DNA of 64,000 bases from an uncultured Oscillospiraceae bacterium (GCA_964461385.1 CAYWUA010000003.1:9454-73453), one strand, 5' to 3'; numbered from the stretch's first letter, positions 1-8,445 are shown. A program made the numbers and translations. Notes: generated by a model not told the origin, from the sequence alone.

Positions 1-965
1 TAGCCCACCTGCGAGATGGAGTGGAAGGCAAGCAGGCGCTTGAAGTTGTGCTGGTTGAATGCCATTGTGACGCAGACAAACATACTCACCGTGCCGATCC
101 CGGTGACCAGATACTGCACAAAAGGCAGGTCGATATTCTGGTAGAGCACATAGCACAGCCGGATGATACCGTACACACCGCACTTGGTGAGCACGCCGGA
201 GATCATCAGCGAGATAGAGGCCGGCGCCACCGCGTGCGCGTCCGCCGCCAGCGGGTGGAAGGGGAAGAGAAACGCCTTGCTCCCAAAGCCGACCAGCAGG
301 AAGGCAAAGGCGGCCAGCAGGACGGGGTTTTCCGCCTGCTCCGGCAGCAGGGCGGCGATCTGCGCGAGGTTGAGGGTGTGAAGCTGGGAGTAGATCATCA
401 CTACGCCAAACAACACGCAGGTCGAGCCGAGTGAGCCGATGGCCAGGTACTTGAACGCGCCCTCCAACGCCCCCTCCTGTTGGTTGCGAAAGGCGATGAG
501 CGCGACAGAGGTGAACGTCATAATCTCAATCATGACGAAAAGATTGAACAGGTCGCCGCTGAGCACCAGCCCGAGCACCGAGCCGGAGAGCATAAGAAAG
601 AGGGTGTAGTAGTTCACCAGACCGTCGTCGTGGTTCATATAGGTGAACGAGTAAAGCGCCGAGACAAAGGCGGCCACCGTCACGATAAGCGCGAAAAAGA
701 GGCTCAGTGCGTCCACCTCCAGGCTGATGCCGATGGCCCAGCCGGCCTCGGGCGCCCAGTTGCCCATCCAATAGGTGATCACTTCTCCGTCGATCAGCAC
801 CGGCTTGACCAGCGCGAGTATCATCGCCAGCGGCAGCGTAACGGAGAGCACCACCAGCACATTGCGCGCCGGGGCAAACCGCCGCCCCACCAGGGAGGTC
901 AGAAACGCGCCCAGAAACAGGGACATAATCGCCAGAATCGGGCAGTTGTTCAGGAAGGTAGTCAT
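1..965 (-). CDS. mrpD: Mrp/Mbh antiporter-like subunit D (NuoN/NuoM, proton-antiporter M family). The N-terminal part lies in the window and the gene continues past position 1.
   Basis: Absent from the ORF track because no stop lies in the window. My own minus-strand translation from ATG 965 is open all the way to position 1. It reads MTTFLNNCPILAIMSLF...DLFNLFVMIEIMTFTSVALIAF...GSKAFLFPFHPLAADAHAVAPASISLMISGVLTKCGVYGIIR...RLLAFHSISQVG, the conserved core of complex-I antiporter-like subunits. The start lies 1 nt after the mrpC stop. Confidence 0.8.
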   Translation of the reverse strand, partial: MTTFLNNCPILAIMSLFLGAFLTSLVGRRFAPARNVLVVLSVTLPLAMILALVKPVLIDGEVITYWMGNWAPEAGWAIGISLEVDALSLFFALIVTVAAFVSALYSFTYMNHDDGLVNYYTLFLMLSGSVLGLVLSGDLFNLFVMIEIMTFTSVALIAFRNQQEGALEGAFKYLAIGSLGSTCVLFGVVMIYSQLHTLNLAQIAALLPEQAENPVLLAAFAFLLVGFGSKAFLFPFHPLAADAHAVAPASISLMISGVLTKCGVYGIIRLCYVLYQNIDLPFVQYLVTGIGTVSMFVCVTMAFNQHNFKRLLAFHSISQVG

Positions 966-966
966 A

Positions 967-1317
967 TCAGCCGTTTAACCTCCTGATCTTACGGGTATCC
1001 AGCGTGCCGTACTGCTCCTGGATCCGGATCACGAGCGAGAGGCTTATCGCAGTGGCACACGCGCCGATGACGATGGAGGTGAGGGTAAGTGCCTGCGGCA
1101 CCGGGTCGACAAAGAAGCTGGACGGGTCCAGTTCGTCGATGCTGAAGATGGGCGCCGTGCCGCCGGGATAGAAGCCGATCGAGACAATCAAAAGGTTCGC
1201 CCCGTAGTCCACCAGGCCCATGCCGATGATGGTCTTAATCATATTGTGCTTGACCGCCATGCAGTAAATCCCGAGCGCCGCCAGGGCAAAGGATCCGATG
1301 TAGTTCACCAGCATCAT
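967..1317 (-). CDS. mrpC: Mrp/Mbh subunit C (NuoK-like small membrane subunit)
   Basis: 116-aa hydrophobic ORF. MMLVNYIGSFALAALGIYCMAVKHNMIKTIIGMGLVDYGANLLIV resembles MnhC/NuoK. Its start forms an ATGA overlap with the upstream stop. Confidence 0.8.
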   Translation of the reverse strand: MMLVNYIGSFALAALGIYCMAVKHNMIKTIIGMGLVDYGANLLIVSIGFYPGGTAPIFSIDELDPSSFFVDPVPQALTLTSIVIGACATAISLSLVIRIQEQYGTLDTRKIRRLNG

Positions 1318-1802
1318 GGTGCCTCCCCCTTTCCTGTCGGGCCGTCCTGCCCGTCTCTGTCCTCTGGTTCGAGCACGCCGAGCATCATGATGAGCAGGCA
1401 GGTGATGCCCGCCATGACGTGGTATCCCACTGCGTCGTTCATCAAGACGCTGGTCTCTACCTCCTGGCCGGCAAAGACAAAGTTAACGCAGAAGTTCAGC
1501 CCGGTGAAAATGCCCACCAGAGCGATGACCACATAGAGAATTTCCGCGATTGTCTCACTGCTGTGCAGCAGGCTGGAGCGGAAGGCGTGGCGCGCCTCGT
1601 CCCGGCCGTGTCCGAGACAGATGAGCAGGATTGCGCTGGCGACCAGCACGCCGCCCTGAAAGCCACCGCCCGGGCTGCTGTTGCCATGGAGCACCACGTA
1701 GCAGCCAAACACACACGCGAGCGGCAGGAAGAGGTCCGCCGTGCCGCGGACCACCACATCCTTCCGGCGAAAGACGGGCTTCTTGTTCTCCGGCTTCATC
1801 AC
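1314..1802 (-). CDS. mrpB: Mrp/Mbh subunit B (MnhB domain protein)
   Basis: 162-aa ORF carrying the HGNSSPGGGFQGG motif typical of the MnhB domain. The start is GTG 1802 or ATG 1799, and either overlaps the upstream stop. Confidence 0.75.
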   Translation of the reverse strand: MMKPENKKPVFRRKDVVVRGTADLFLPLACVFGCYVVLHGNSSPGGGFQGGVLVASAILLICLGHGRDEARHAFRSSLLHSSETIAEILYVVIALVGIFTGLNFCVNFVFAGQEVETSVLMNDAVGYHVMAGITCLLIMMLGVLEPEDRDGQDGPTGKGEAP

Positions 1803-2170
1803 GGAGCCTCCTTTTCGTCCGGCTCAGTCGGCTTCTTTGGCCGGCTCTTGCGCAAAATGACCAGCGAGCCGGCAATGGCTGCGATCAGGATAAAACTCTC
1901 CCCCAAAGTGTCATAGCCGCGGAAATTGAAGACCACGCTGAAGACGACATTCTCCGACACCGTCTTGGCCAAATTCTCGTTGACAATGACCGCCGCGACG
2001 CCGTCGGCATCCGAGTTCTCATATTCCACCGGGTGCTCGTAAAGGTCGACCACATCGGTATGCGACCCGTCATAGGTGGGCGCGCTCTGGCTCATCCGGA
2101 CGGAGACATAGATTCCGCACACCAGCAGCACCGCCAGCGCGGCCAGGAGCACAATGCGTTTCGTCCTCAT
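1799..2170 (-). CDS. MbhE-like small membrane protein (MrpA C-terminal / MnhB-related piece)
   Basis: 123-aa ORF with an N-terminal TM helix. The FNFRGYDTLGES motif is shared by MrpA C-terminal and MnhB-related proteins. ATGA overlap with the upstream stop. Confidence 0.55.
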   Translation of the reverse strand: MRTKRIVLLAALAVLLVCGIYVSVRMSQSAPTYDGSHTDVVDLYEHPVEYENSDADGVAAVIVNENLAKTVSENVVFSVVFNFRGYDTLGESFILIAAIAGSLVILRKSRPKKPTEPDEKEAP

Positions 2171-2436
2171 CTCCGGTCCTCCTTATCCATCTTCACCTTG
2201 CGCAGGGCGATAATGTACAAAATGGTGGACAGCACCGCGCCCACGCTGGCCTCGGCGATGGCCACGTCGGGCGCCTGGAGCAGAATGAACTCCATGGAGA
2301 TAAACGAGCCGACCGCCGCCAGAGCGATCACCGAGTCGATCATCCGCCGCGCCCGCACGGCGACCACTGCGGAAGCCACCGCGCCGCTCACTGCGACCAG
2401 GTTGAGCACAAACGTCAGGATGCCACCGAAGTTCAT
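2167..2436 (-). CDS. MbhD-like membrane protein (DUF4040-type, MrpA C-terminal piece)
   Basis: 89-aa, roughly 3-TM ORF: MNFGGILTFVLNLVAVSGAVASAVVAVRARRMIDSVIALAAVGSFISMEFILLQAPDVAIAEA. Supported by its position inside the Mrp module and an ATGA overlap with the mrpG stop. Confidence 0.6.
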   Translation of the reverse strand: MNFGGILTFVLNLVAVSGAVASAVVAVRARRMIDSVIALAAVGSFISMEFILLQAPDVAIAEASVGAVLSTILYIIALRKVKMDKEDRR

Positions 2437-2777
2437 TGCAAATCATCCCCCTCGTAATCGTCCACCACCAGCTCCTTCTTCGGCCGGACGCCCATTTTAT
2501 AGGCCGCCTTGCACAGGGCGTGGTTGGAGGTGGGGTTGGTCAGCAGCACCAGCAGCAGGATCAGGATCAGCTTGACATAGGCCACGCTCTCGCCGCCGTT
2601 CATCGCGGTGTGGAGCACTGCGGCCAGCATGGCGCAGATGGTCCCCAGGGTGGCGATACAGGTGGATGCCTGCAGGCGGCCGAACACGTCCGGCATCCGG
2701 TTGACGCCGATCACACCGACAGCGGTGAAGAACACGCCGAGGGCGAGCAGAATATCCATGACAATCCGTACCACCAT
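2433..2777 (-). CDS. mrpG: Mrp/Mbh subunit G
   Basis: The internal ATG at 2777 gives MVVRIVMDILLALGVFFTAVGVIGVNRMPDVFGRLQAS...TNPTSNHALCKAAY, an MnhG/PhaG signature. The longer ORF-track N-terminus is Arg/Gly-rich and overlaps mrpF. Stop and start share 1 nt (TGATG). Confidence 0.8.
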   Translation of the reverse strand: MVVRIVMDILLALGVFFTAVGVIGVNRMPDVFGRLQASTCIATLGTICAMLAAVLHTAMNGGESVAYVKLILILLLVLLTNPTSNHALCKAAYKMGVRPKKELVVDDYEGDDLQ

Positions 2778-3031
2778 CACAGTCTTCCCTCCAGATAGCG
2801 CGCGACAAACACCGTGCTCACAAAACCCAGCAGGGCGACCACCAGCGAGATGTCCAGGTAGATGCTCCGCCCGGAATAGACGGAGTAGAGCGCCAGCGCC
2901 ACGGCGGTGACCAGATCCAGGCAGTCGGCGGCGCACATCCGGTCGGCCGCCTTCGGCCCGCGAAAGACCCGGTAGAGCAGCCCGATCGCCAAAAACAGGT
3001 AGAGTATTGCCGCGATGAGAACTTCAATCAT
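2777..3031 (-). CDS. mrpF: Mrp/Mbh subunit F
   Basis: MIEVLIAAILYLFLAIGLLYRVFRGPKAADRMCAADCLDL is MnhF-like. I chose ATG 3031 (GGGAGGA RBS, ATGA overlap with the mrpE stop) rather than the ORF-track start at 3052. Confidence 0.75.
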   Translation of the reverse strand: MIEVLIAAILYLFLAIGLLYRVFRGPKAADRMCAADCLDLVTAVALALYSVYSGRSIYLDISLVVALLGFVSTVFVARYLEGRL

Positions 3032-3564
3032 TTCCAAATCCTCCCAATCCAACGCTCCATCCGGCCCTTGATCGCCTCACCGGCCTTCTCCCGGTCGGTC
3101 TCGGCCACATCAATCCAGTGAATGTAATACCAGGTGTCCCCCGCCTCGTCCTCCGCCACGTCCATCGTGATAGTGCCGGGAGTAAGGGTGATGCTGTTGC
3201 TTACCATCGCCAGGCCGTACAGACTCCTGATCCCCTTGGCGCCGGGCACACGGAGAATGCCGGCCTGGTAGTTCCCCAGCTTGGGGTCGAGCACCAGCTT
3301 GGCCATGGAGAGGTTCGCTTTGATCAGCTCCCAGGGGAAGATGACCACACTGTAGATCAGCAGCATCAGCAGCCGCTTGGGATGGTAAAGCCAGAAGGGC
3401 CGCGCGTGGATGAAAAAGCGGGCAGTAAACCCGGAGACCACCGCGCTGATGATTGCCCCCCAAAAGAGCTCCCGCGGCTCCACCGACCAGGTCAGCAGCA
3501 GCCAAAACAGGAAGCAGAAAATGAATACGGACAGCCAACAGGCAAAACGTGCCGGTCTTCCCAC
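3028..3564 (-). CDS. mrpE: Mrp/Mbh subunit E
   Basis: 178-aa ORF with a GTG start preceded by GAGAGGAGGGG. The motif SNSITLTPGTITMDV and the 2-TM N-terminus are typical of MnhE. It starts 15 nt after the hypB stop. Confidence 0.7.
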   Translation of the reverse strand: MGRPARFACWLSVFIFCFLFWLLLTWSVEPRELFWGAIISAVVSGFTARFFIHARPFWLYHPKRLLMLLIYSVVIFPWELIKANLSMAKLVLDPKLGNYQAGILRVPGAKGIRSLYGLAMVSNSITLTPGTITMDVAEDEAGDTWYYIHWIDVAETDREKAGEAIKGRMERWIGRIWK

Positions 3565-3579
3565 CGGTCTCCCCTCCTC

Positions 3580-4242
3580 TCAAGTGCGGTGCAGGACGTC
3601 CTCCGCGCGGCGGGCCACCCACTCGGCCAGCTCTTCCAGCCCCTCGCCGCTGCGGACAGAGGTGCGAAAGAGCGCGACCTTCGGATTGACCCCCCGCGCA
3701 CTGCGCTCCACCCGCGCATCGTCAAAGTCAAAGTAGTCGTGCAGGTCATATTTGTTGATCGCCAGCGCGTCGGTGGTAGCGAACATGAGCGGATACTTCT
3801 CCACCTTGTCGTCCCCCTCCGGCACGCTCAGCAATGCCAGGCGGAAATGCTCGCCGATCTTGAACTCGGCGGGACAGACGAGGTTGCCGATGTTCTCCAC
3901 AAAGATCAGGTCAATCCCGTCCAGGTCAAACTCCGGCAGGATGTGCTGGATGCTCATCGCCTCGATATGGCAGGCTCCGTCGGTATCCAGCTGGACCACC
4001 GGGATGCCGAGACGCTGGATGTGCTCCGCGTCCAGCTGGCCGGTGATGTCCCCTTCGATCACCGCGATGCGGAAGCGCGCGCGCAGCCGCTCGATCAGGG
4101 CGGTGAGGACACTGGTCTTCCCCGCGCCGGGCGAGCCCATCACGTTGCACAGGCAGACCCGGTGGGCGGCCAGCGTGTCGAGCACGGCGCTGCTCACGTC
4201 CTCGTTCCACTCCAGCACTTGGTGCATCACTTTAATCTCCAT
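3580..4242 (-). CDS. hypB: Hydrogenase nickel-incorporation GTPase HypB
   Basis: 220 aa. Carries the P-loop GSPGAGKTS, a GACHIEA (CH) motif and ENIGNLVCP. There is no His-rich N-terminus. Overlaps the hypA 3' end by 11 nt. Confidence 0.9.
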   Translation of the reverse strand: MEIKVMHQVLEWNEDVSSAVLDTLAAHRVCLCNVMGSPGAGKTSVLTALIERLRARFRIAVIEGDITGQLDAEHIQRLGIPVVQLDTDGACHIEAMSIQHILPEFDLDGIDLIFVENIGNLVCPAEFKIGEHFRLALLSVPEGDDKVEKYPLMFATTDALAINKYDLHDYFDFDDARVERSARGVNPKVALFRTSVRSGEGLEELAEWVARRAEDVLHRT

Positions 4243-4609
4243 CGCGTTCCGTCTCCTTTCCAGGTGAGCCCTCCGCCTCCAGGCTCTCGACGTAAAACTC
4301 CCGGCCCTGGAGCAAGGCGAGGTCGCTCCCGCCGCAGGCGGCGCACTGGATGTGCCGCTTGTCCACCTCGCCCTCCCAGCCGCAGCCGCGGCAGCGCATC
4401 CGAATGGGCAGGCGGATGAAATTCAGCTTCGCCCCCGCCGCGGCGGTGCCGCGGGAGAGCACGTCAAAATAGTACTGCACGCACTGGGGCACAACGCCGC
4501 AGTAATCCCCTATTTGGAGGCGGATCTCCCGAATGCGCTCCGCCCCGTGTGCCTCGGCAGCCTCGAGGGCGATGCGCAGGATACTCTGGGTGATCGCCAG
4601 CTCGTGCAT
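4232..4609 (-). CDS. hypA: Hydrogenase nickel-insertion protein HypA
   Basis: 125 aa. Has the MHELAITQSIL N-terminus (MHE nickel site) and the zinc cysteines CRGCG...CAACGG. It starts 1 nt after the large-subunit stop. Confidence 0.9.
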   Translation of the reverse strand: MHELAITQSILRIALEAAEAHGAERIREIRLQIGDYCGVVPQCVQYYFDVLSRGTAAAGAKLNFIRLPIRMRCRGCGWEGEVDKRHIQCAACGGSDLALLQGREFYVESLEAEGSPGKETERDGD

Positions 4610-4610
4610 C

Positions 4611-5693
4611 TCAGCGGTCCAGGCAAGAGAAGCACGGGTCGATGGAGGCGACGATCAGCCCCGCATCCGCCACCGTGTTCCCTCGCAGCATGACGGGCAC
4701 CGTCGGCGCATTCTTGAAAGTCGGCACATGGATGCTCACGCGGCGGTTGGTCTGGCCGCCATCGGTGACCACCTTATAGACCAGATGGCCGCGCGGGGCT
4801 TCGTGCCGGGCCAGGAACTCCCCGGCCGGGACCCGTGGCATCTTATTGCCCAGGTTGATTGTCCCCTCCGGGAGGTTGTCCGCCGCCTGACGGATGATCT
4901 TGATGCTCTCCAAGATCTCTCGCACGCGGATGCCCACGCGGGCAAAGACGTCGCATGAGTGCTCCACCGGGACGTCGAACGTAAAGTCGTCATAACAGCA
5001 GTAGGGCGCATCGCGCCGGACGTCCATATCCACTCCAGAAGCGCGGGCGTGCGGCCCCACCGCGCCGAGACGGACGGCGTCCTCCGAGGTGAGCACTCCC
5101 ACCCCCTTGGTGCGCATCGCGAGCGTCCTGTCCTCCGTCAGGAAACGCGCGAGCGAACCCATGCGGCCCTCCAAGTCATCCATCGCCGCCAAGAGCATCC
5201 GACGCTTCTCGTCATCCAGATCGCGCCGGACCCCGCCGATTGTGTTCATCGCGTAATTCACGCGGTTGCCGGTAAGCGCCTCGAGGGTATCCATCGTGCG
5301 CTCACGGTCGTTCCAGCACTGCATGAAGACACTGTCGTGCCCCACAATATGGCAGACAATCCCCAGCCAAAGCAGGTGAGAGTGGATCCGCTCTAGTTCG
5401 GCGATGATGACGCGGATATACTGCCCGCGCCGCGGCACCTCCGCGCCCATGATGTGCTCGATGCACAGCGCATAGGCCAGCGCATGTGAGTGTGAGCAGA
5501 TGCCGCACACCCGCTCCACCAGTACCAACGTCTGGATAAAGTTGCGCTCCTGGGCCAGCTTTTCAATGCCGCGGTGATTATAGCCGACAAAAACCTTCGC
5601 ATCGCGGATCTGCTCCCCGTCCACGGTAAGGCGAGCATGAATCGGCTCCTCCAGCGCAGGGTGATAGGGGCCGATCGGTATCGTGTAGCTCAT
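4611..5693 (-). CDS. Group-4 (energy-converting, NuoD/EchE/MbhL-like) [NiFe]-hydrogenase large subunit
   Basis: Start placed at ATG 5693 (GGGAGGAGG RBS). The sequence begins MSYTIPIGPYHPALEEP. It carries the proximal NiFe motif RVCGICSHSH and the distal motif DPCFSCLDR, which is followed directly by the stop codon. Confidence 0.85.
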   Translation of the reverse strand: MSYTIPIGPYHPALEEPIHARLTVDGEQIRDAKVFVGYNHRGIEKLAQERNFIQTLVLVERVCGICSHSHALAYALCIEHIMGAEVPRRGQYIRVIIAELERIHSHLLWLGIVCHIVGHDSVFMQCWNDRERTMDTLEALTGNRVNYAMNTIGGVRRDLDDEKRRMLLAAMDDLEGRMGSLARFLTEDRTLAMRTKGVGVLTSEDAVRLGAVGPHARASGVDMDVRRDAPYCCYDDFTFDVPVEHSCDVFARVGIRVREILESIKIIRQAADNLPEGTINLGNKMPRVPAGEFLARHEAPRGHLVYKVVTDGGQTNRRVSIHVPTFKNAPTVPVMLRGNTVADAGLIVASIDPCFSCLDR

Positions 5694-5779
5694 GGGTTCC
5701 TCCTCCCGCCGAGCCGGCGGCGTATCCCCGTCCCGGCGCATCCCGGCAGCCCTGCCGGTACAAACTCAAACACAGCGCC

Positions 5780-5808
5780 ATTATAGTGAAAAAAATAACA
5801 GGTGTCAA
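5780..5808 (-). promoter_or_regulatory. Sigma-A-type promoter of the hydrogenase/hyp/mrp operon
   Basis: The minus strand reads TTGACA-17 nt-TATAAT, a perfect consensus. It sits in an AT-rich patch about 85 nt upstream of the large-subunit start. Confidence 0.6.
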
Positions 5809-6031
5809 TAGCATTGCAATTTCTTCGTCATAATAAACTGGAGAATTTTATCCCCGTTTTCTCCGTTTTTTCAGGTTATTTTCCGGAAATCGTGGCCTCA
5901 TCGTTTCACAAGCTATTTTTAGCGAACCCCGGCGTTTATTTTGCAAGATCCCTTGCATCCGTACCAGGCGGGCCACGCTTCCGGCACAGGGCGGCACACC
6001 GGCCATGCGTAAAAAATTCCCCCTGCGGGGC

Positions 6032-6061
6032 TTGTTCCGGCGCAGGCGCGTCTGCTATAAT
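6032..6061 (+). promoter_or_regulatory. Promoter of the MFS transporter gene
   Basis: TTGTTC-18 nt-TATAAT with an extended -10 element (TGcTATAAT), about 37 nt upstream of ATG 6098. Confidence 0.5.
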
Positions 6062-6097
6062 GGGCTGTCCAATTCCCCTGATAAGGAGATGCCCGCT

Positions 6098-7288
6098 ATG
6101 CCTGTGCAGCCCGCCCCCAGCTACCGGCAGACGCTCTATTCCTGTTATGCCGGTTACATCACCCAGGCCATTGTCAACAGCTTCGCCCCGCTGCTTTTTC
6201 TCACCTTCCAGTCGGAGTTTTCCATCTCATTGGATCGGATCACTCTACTGGTCACCGTCAATTTCTGCATTCAGCTGTTGGTCGATCTATTGTCGGTGCG
6301 TTTTGTGGACAAGCTCGGCTATCGGGCCAGCATTGTGCTGGCTCATGCGTTTGCCGCGCTTGGCCTGCTCGGGCTCGGCGTGCTGCCCTACTGGCTGCCG
6401 GACCCCTACCGGGGCCTACTGGCCGCCATCGTCCTTTACGCCATTGGCGGAGGCCTGCTGGAAGTGCTCGTCAGCCCCATCGTGGAGGCCTGCCCGTTTC
6501 CCAACAAGGCGGGGGTAATGAGCACGCTGCACTCCTTCTACTGCTGGGGCTGCGTGTCTGTCATCCTGGCCTCCACGGCGTTTTTCGCCCTGGCCGGCAC
6601 GGAGCACTGGCGCTATCTGGCCATGCTGTGGGCGCTGCTGCCGCTGGTCAACGGCATCCGCTTTCTGCACGTCCCCATCGCCCCGCTTGTCTCGGAGGAG
6701 GAGCGGATGCCCCTCGGCGAGCTGCTGCGCAACCGGGTGGTCTGGCTGTTCTTCCTGTTGATGGTCTGCGCCGGAGCGTCGGAACAGGCGATGAGCCAGT
6801 GGGCTTCCGCCTTTGCCGAGTCTGGCCTGCAGGTGTCCAAGGCGGTGGGGGACCTGGCTGGCCCCTGCCTGTTCTCCGTGCTGATGGGCGCCGCCCGGGT
6901 CATCTATGGCAAGTACAGCGAACGGTGGAAACTCGAGCCTTTCCTGCTCGGCAGCGGTGTGCTTTGTGTGGTGAGCTATCTGCTCGCCGTCTTCTCCCCC
7001 GTGCCCGCCCTGGCCCTGGCCGGCTGCGGTCTGTGCGGCCTGTCGGTGGGCATTCTCTGGCCGGGCACCTTCTCCCTCGGCTCGGCCCGGTGCCGTCGGG
7101 GCGGGACCGCTCTCTTCGCCCTCTTCGCGCTGTGCGGTGACCTCGGCTGCTCCTCCGGTCCGACGCTGGTGGGATTCGTCTCGGACACGGCAGGCAGCCT
7201 GAAGGCGGGCCTGCTGGCCGCCATCGTCTTCCCTACTGCGCTCATCCTTGCCGTGCTCGCCCTGCGCCGCACCGAAGCGGAGGAATAG
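6098..7288 (+). CDS. MFS transporter
   Basis: Multi-TM hydrophobic ORF. The start is taken at ATG 6098, with AGGAG 9 nt upstream. The ORF-track N-terminus from 6005 is Arg-rich and overlaps the promoter. Confidence 0.75.
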   Translation: MPVQPAPSYRQTLYSCYAGYITQAIVNSFAPLLFLTFQSEFSISLDRITLLVTVNFCIQLLVDLLSVRFVDKLGYRASIVLAHAFAALGLLGLGVLPYWLPDPYRGLLAAIVLYAIGGGLLEVLVSPIVEACPFPNKAGVMSTLHSFYCWGCVSVILASTAFFALAGTEHWRYLAMLWALLPLVNGIRFLHVPIAPLVSEEERMPLGELLRNRVVWLFFLLMVCAGASEQAMSQWASAFAESGLQVSKAVGDLAGPCLFSVLMGAARVIYGKYSERWKLEPFLLGSGVLCVVSYLLAVFSPVPALALAGCGLCGLSVGILWPGTFSLGSARCRRGGTALFALFALCGDLGCSSGPTLVGFVSDTAGSLKAGLLAAIVFPTALILAVLALRRTEAEE

Positions 7289-7315
7289 GTCCCTCCGGCG
7301 ATCCCATGGACAAGA

Positions 7316-7353
7316 TAAAAAAGAGCATCCGAACCCTGGGGCGGATGCTCTTT
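7316..7353. terminator. Bidirectional rho-independent terminator between convergent genes
   Basis: AAAAA-agagcatccg-aaccctgggg-cggatgctct-TTT. A 10-bp perfect stem with an A-tract on one side and a T-tract on the other. Confidence 0.6.
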
Positions 7354-7387
7354 TGCATTCCTATAGATTGTGCCGGCCGTCGCGCGG

Positions 7388-7915
7388 TCAGTCCTCTTCC
7401 TTCGCCGCGTCGTAGGCCACGTTTCTCTGCGCGCTGTGGGGCTGGGCCGCCATGCCGGCCACCGCGCGGAACTTTGCACGGGACTGGCGCACCTCGTTGA
7501 GGGCGACGTTTACCGCCTCCTCCGTGCGGCGCAGCGCATCCTCACAGTAGTCGTTAGCGGCGCGCTTGAGGTCGTCGGCGCGCTTTTCCGCCTTGGCGGT
7601 GACGTTGGCCGCCTCCGCGCGGGCCTGGCGGACGATCTCGTGCTCATCCACCATCTGGCGGGCCTTGTCCATCGCCTGCTGACGGATGTGCTCGGCGTCC
7701 GTCTTGGCCCCGTCGAGGTACTCGTTCCGGGTGGTCATCAGCTTCTTAGCCTCGCTGAGCTCGGCGGGGAACTTGTTTCGGATCTCGTCGAGAATGTCCA
7801 GCGCGTCGTCGCGGTTGATGCGGCAGGTGCCGCCCAGGCCGCCCTTGGCATCGTCGATCATGCGGTATAGCACGTCCAGCAGTTCGCTCACTCCATTAGC
7901 CATATCGGTTACCAT
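7388..7915 (-). CDS. Coiled-coil protein of unknown function (ATPase subunit b/H-like composition)
   Basis: 175-aa ORF rich in A/E/K/R heptad-like sequence: EHIRQQAMDKARQMVDEHEIVRQARAEAANVTAKAEKRADDLKRAAND. Codon bias is coding-like. The start may be ATG 7903 instead of 7915. Confidence 0.5.
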   Translation of the reverse strand: MVTDMANGVSELLDVLYRMIDDAKGGLGGTCRINRDDALDILDEIRNKFPAELSEAKKLMTTRNEYLDGAKTDAEHIRQQAMDKARQMVDEHEIVRQARAEAANVTAKAEKRADDLKRAANDYCEDALRRTEEAVNVALNEVRQSRAKFRAVAGMAAQPHSAQRNVAYDAAKEED

Positions 7916-7953
7916 CCTTTTCTATCGATTTCACGCCGGTCTGCGGCCGCAGG

Positions 7954-8445
7954 TCACCGGTTTTTCAGCTCCAGCATCTTCGCCTGCACCTCCGGGATGA
8001 TCTCCCGGGGGATAAAGTCCTCCAGCGGGACCTGATAGCTGGCCAGCTCCTTGACAATGCTCGAGCTGAGATAGGTGTAGTTCTGGCGGGCGGAGAGGAA
8101 GACTGTCTCCAGCCCGGGGTTGAGTTTCCGGTTGATCATGGCCATCTGGAACTCCTTTTCAAAGTCAGACATGGCCCGCAGTCCCTTGACCACGCAGTTG
8201 GCGCCCCGTTCGCGCGCATATTCGGCCAGCATCGCCGGGGAGTGGTCCACCTCCACGTTTGGGAGCTGGGCGACGGCGCGGCGCAGCATCTCCACCCGCT
8301 CGGTCGAGGTAAACAGCCCCTTTTTCTCCGCGTTAATCATGACGCAGACGATCAGGTGGTCAAACTGGAGCGCCGCCCGCTTGATAATGTCCAGATGGCC
8401 CAGCGTCACCGGGTCAAAACTGCCGGGATAGATTGCAATGCTCAT
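7954..8445 (-). CDS. coaD: Phosphopantetheine adenylyltransferase
   Basis: MSIAIYPGSFDPVTLGHLDIIKRAA...ISSSIVKE is the canonical CoaD pattern. Confidence 0.95.
   Translation of the reverse strand: MSIAIYPGSFDPVTLGHLDIIKRAALQFDHLIVCVMINAEKKGLFTSTERVEMLRRAVAQLPNVEVDHSPAMLAEYARERGANCVVKGLRAMSDFEKEFQMAMINRKLNPGLETVFLSARQNYTYLSSSIVKELASYQVPLEDFIPREIIPEVQAKMLELKNR

Noticed and set aside
5802-6518. 238-aa plus-strand ORF across the divergent promoter region and into the MFS gene
   Set aside because: It starts in the AT-rich promoter patch and runs out of frame with the MFS gene. No RBS and no motifs.
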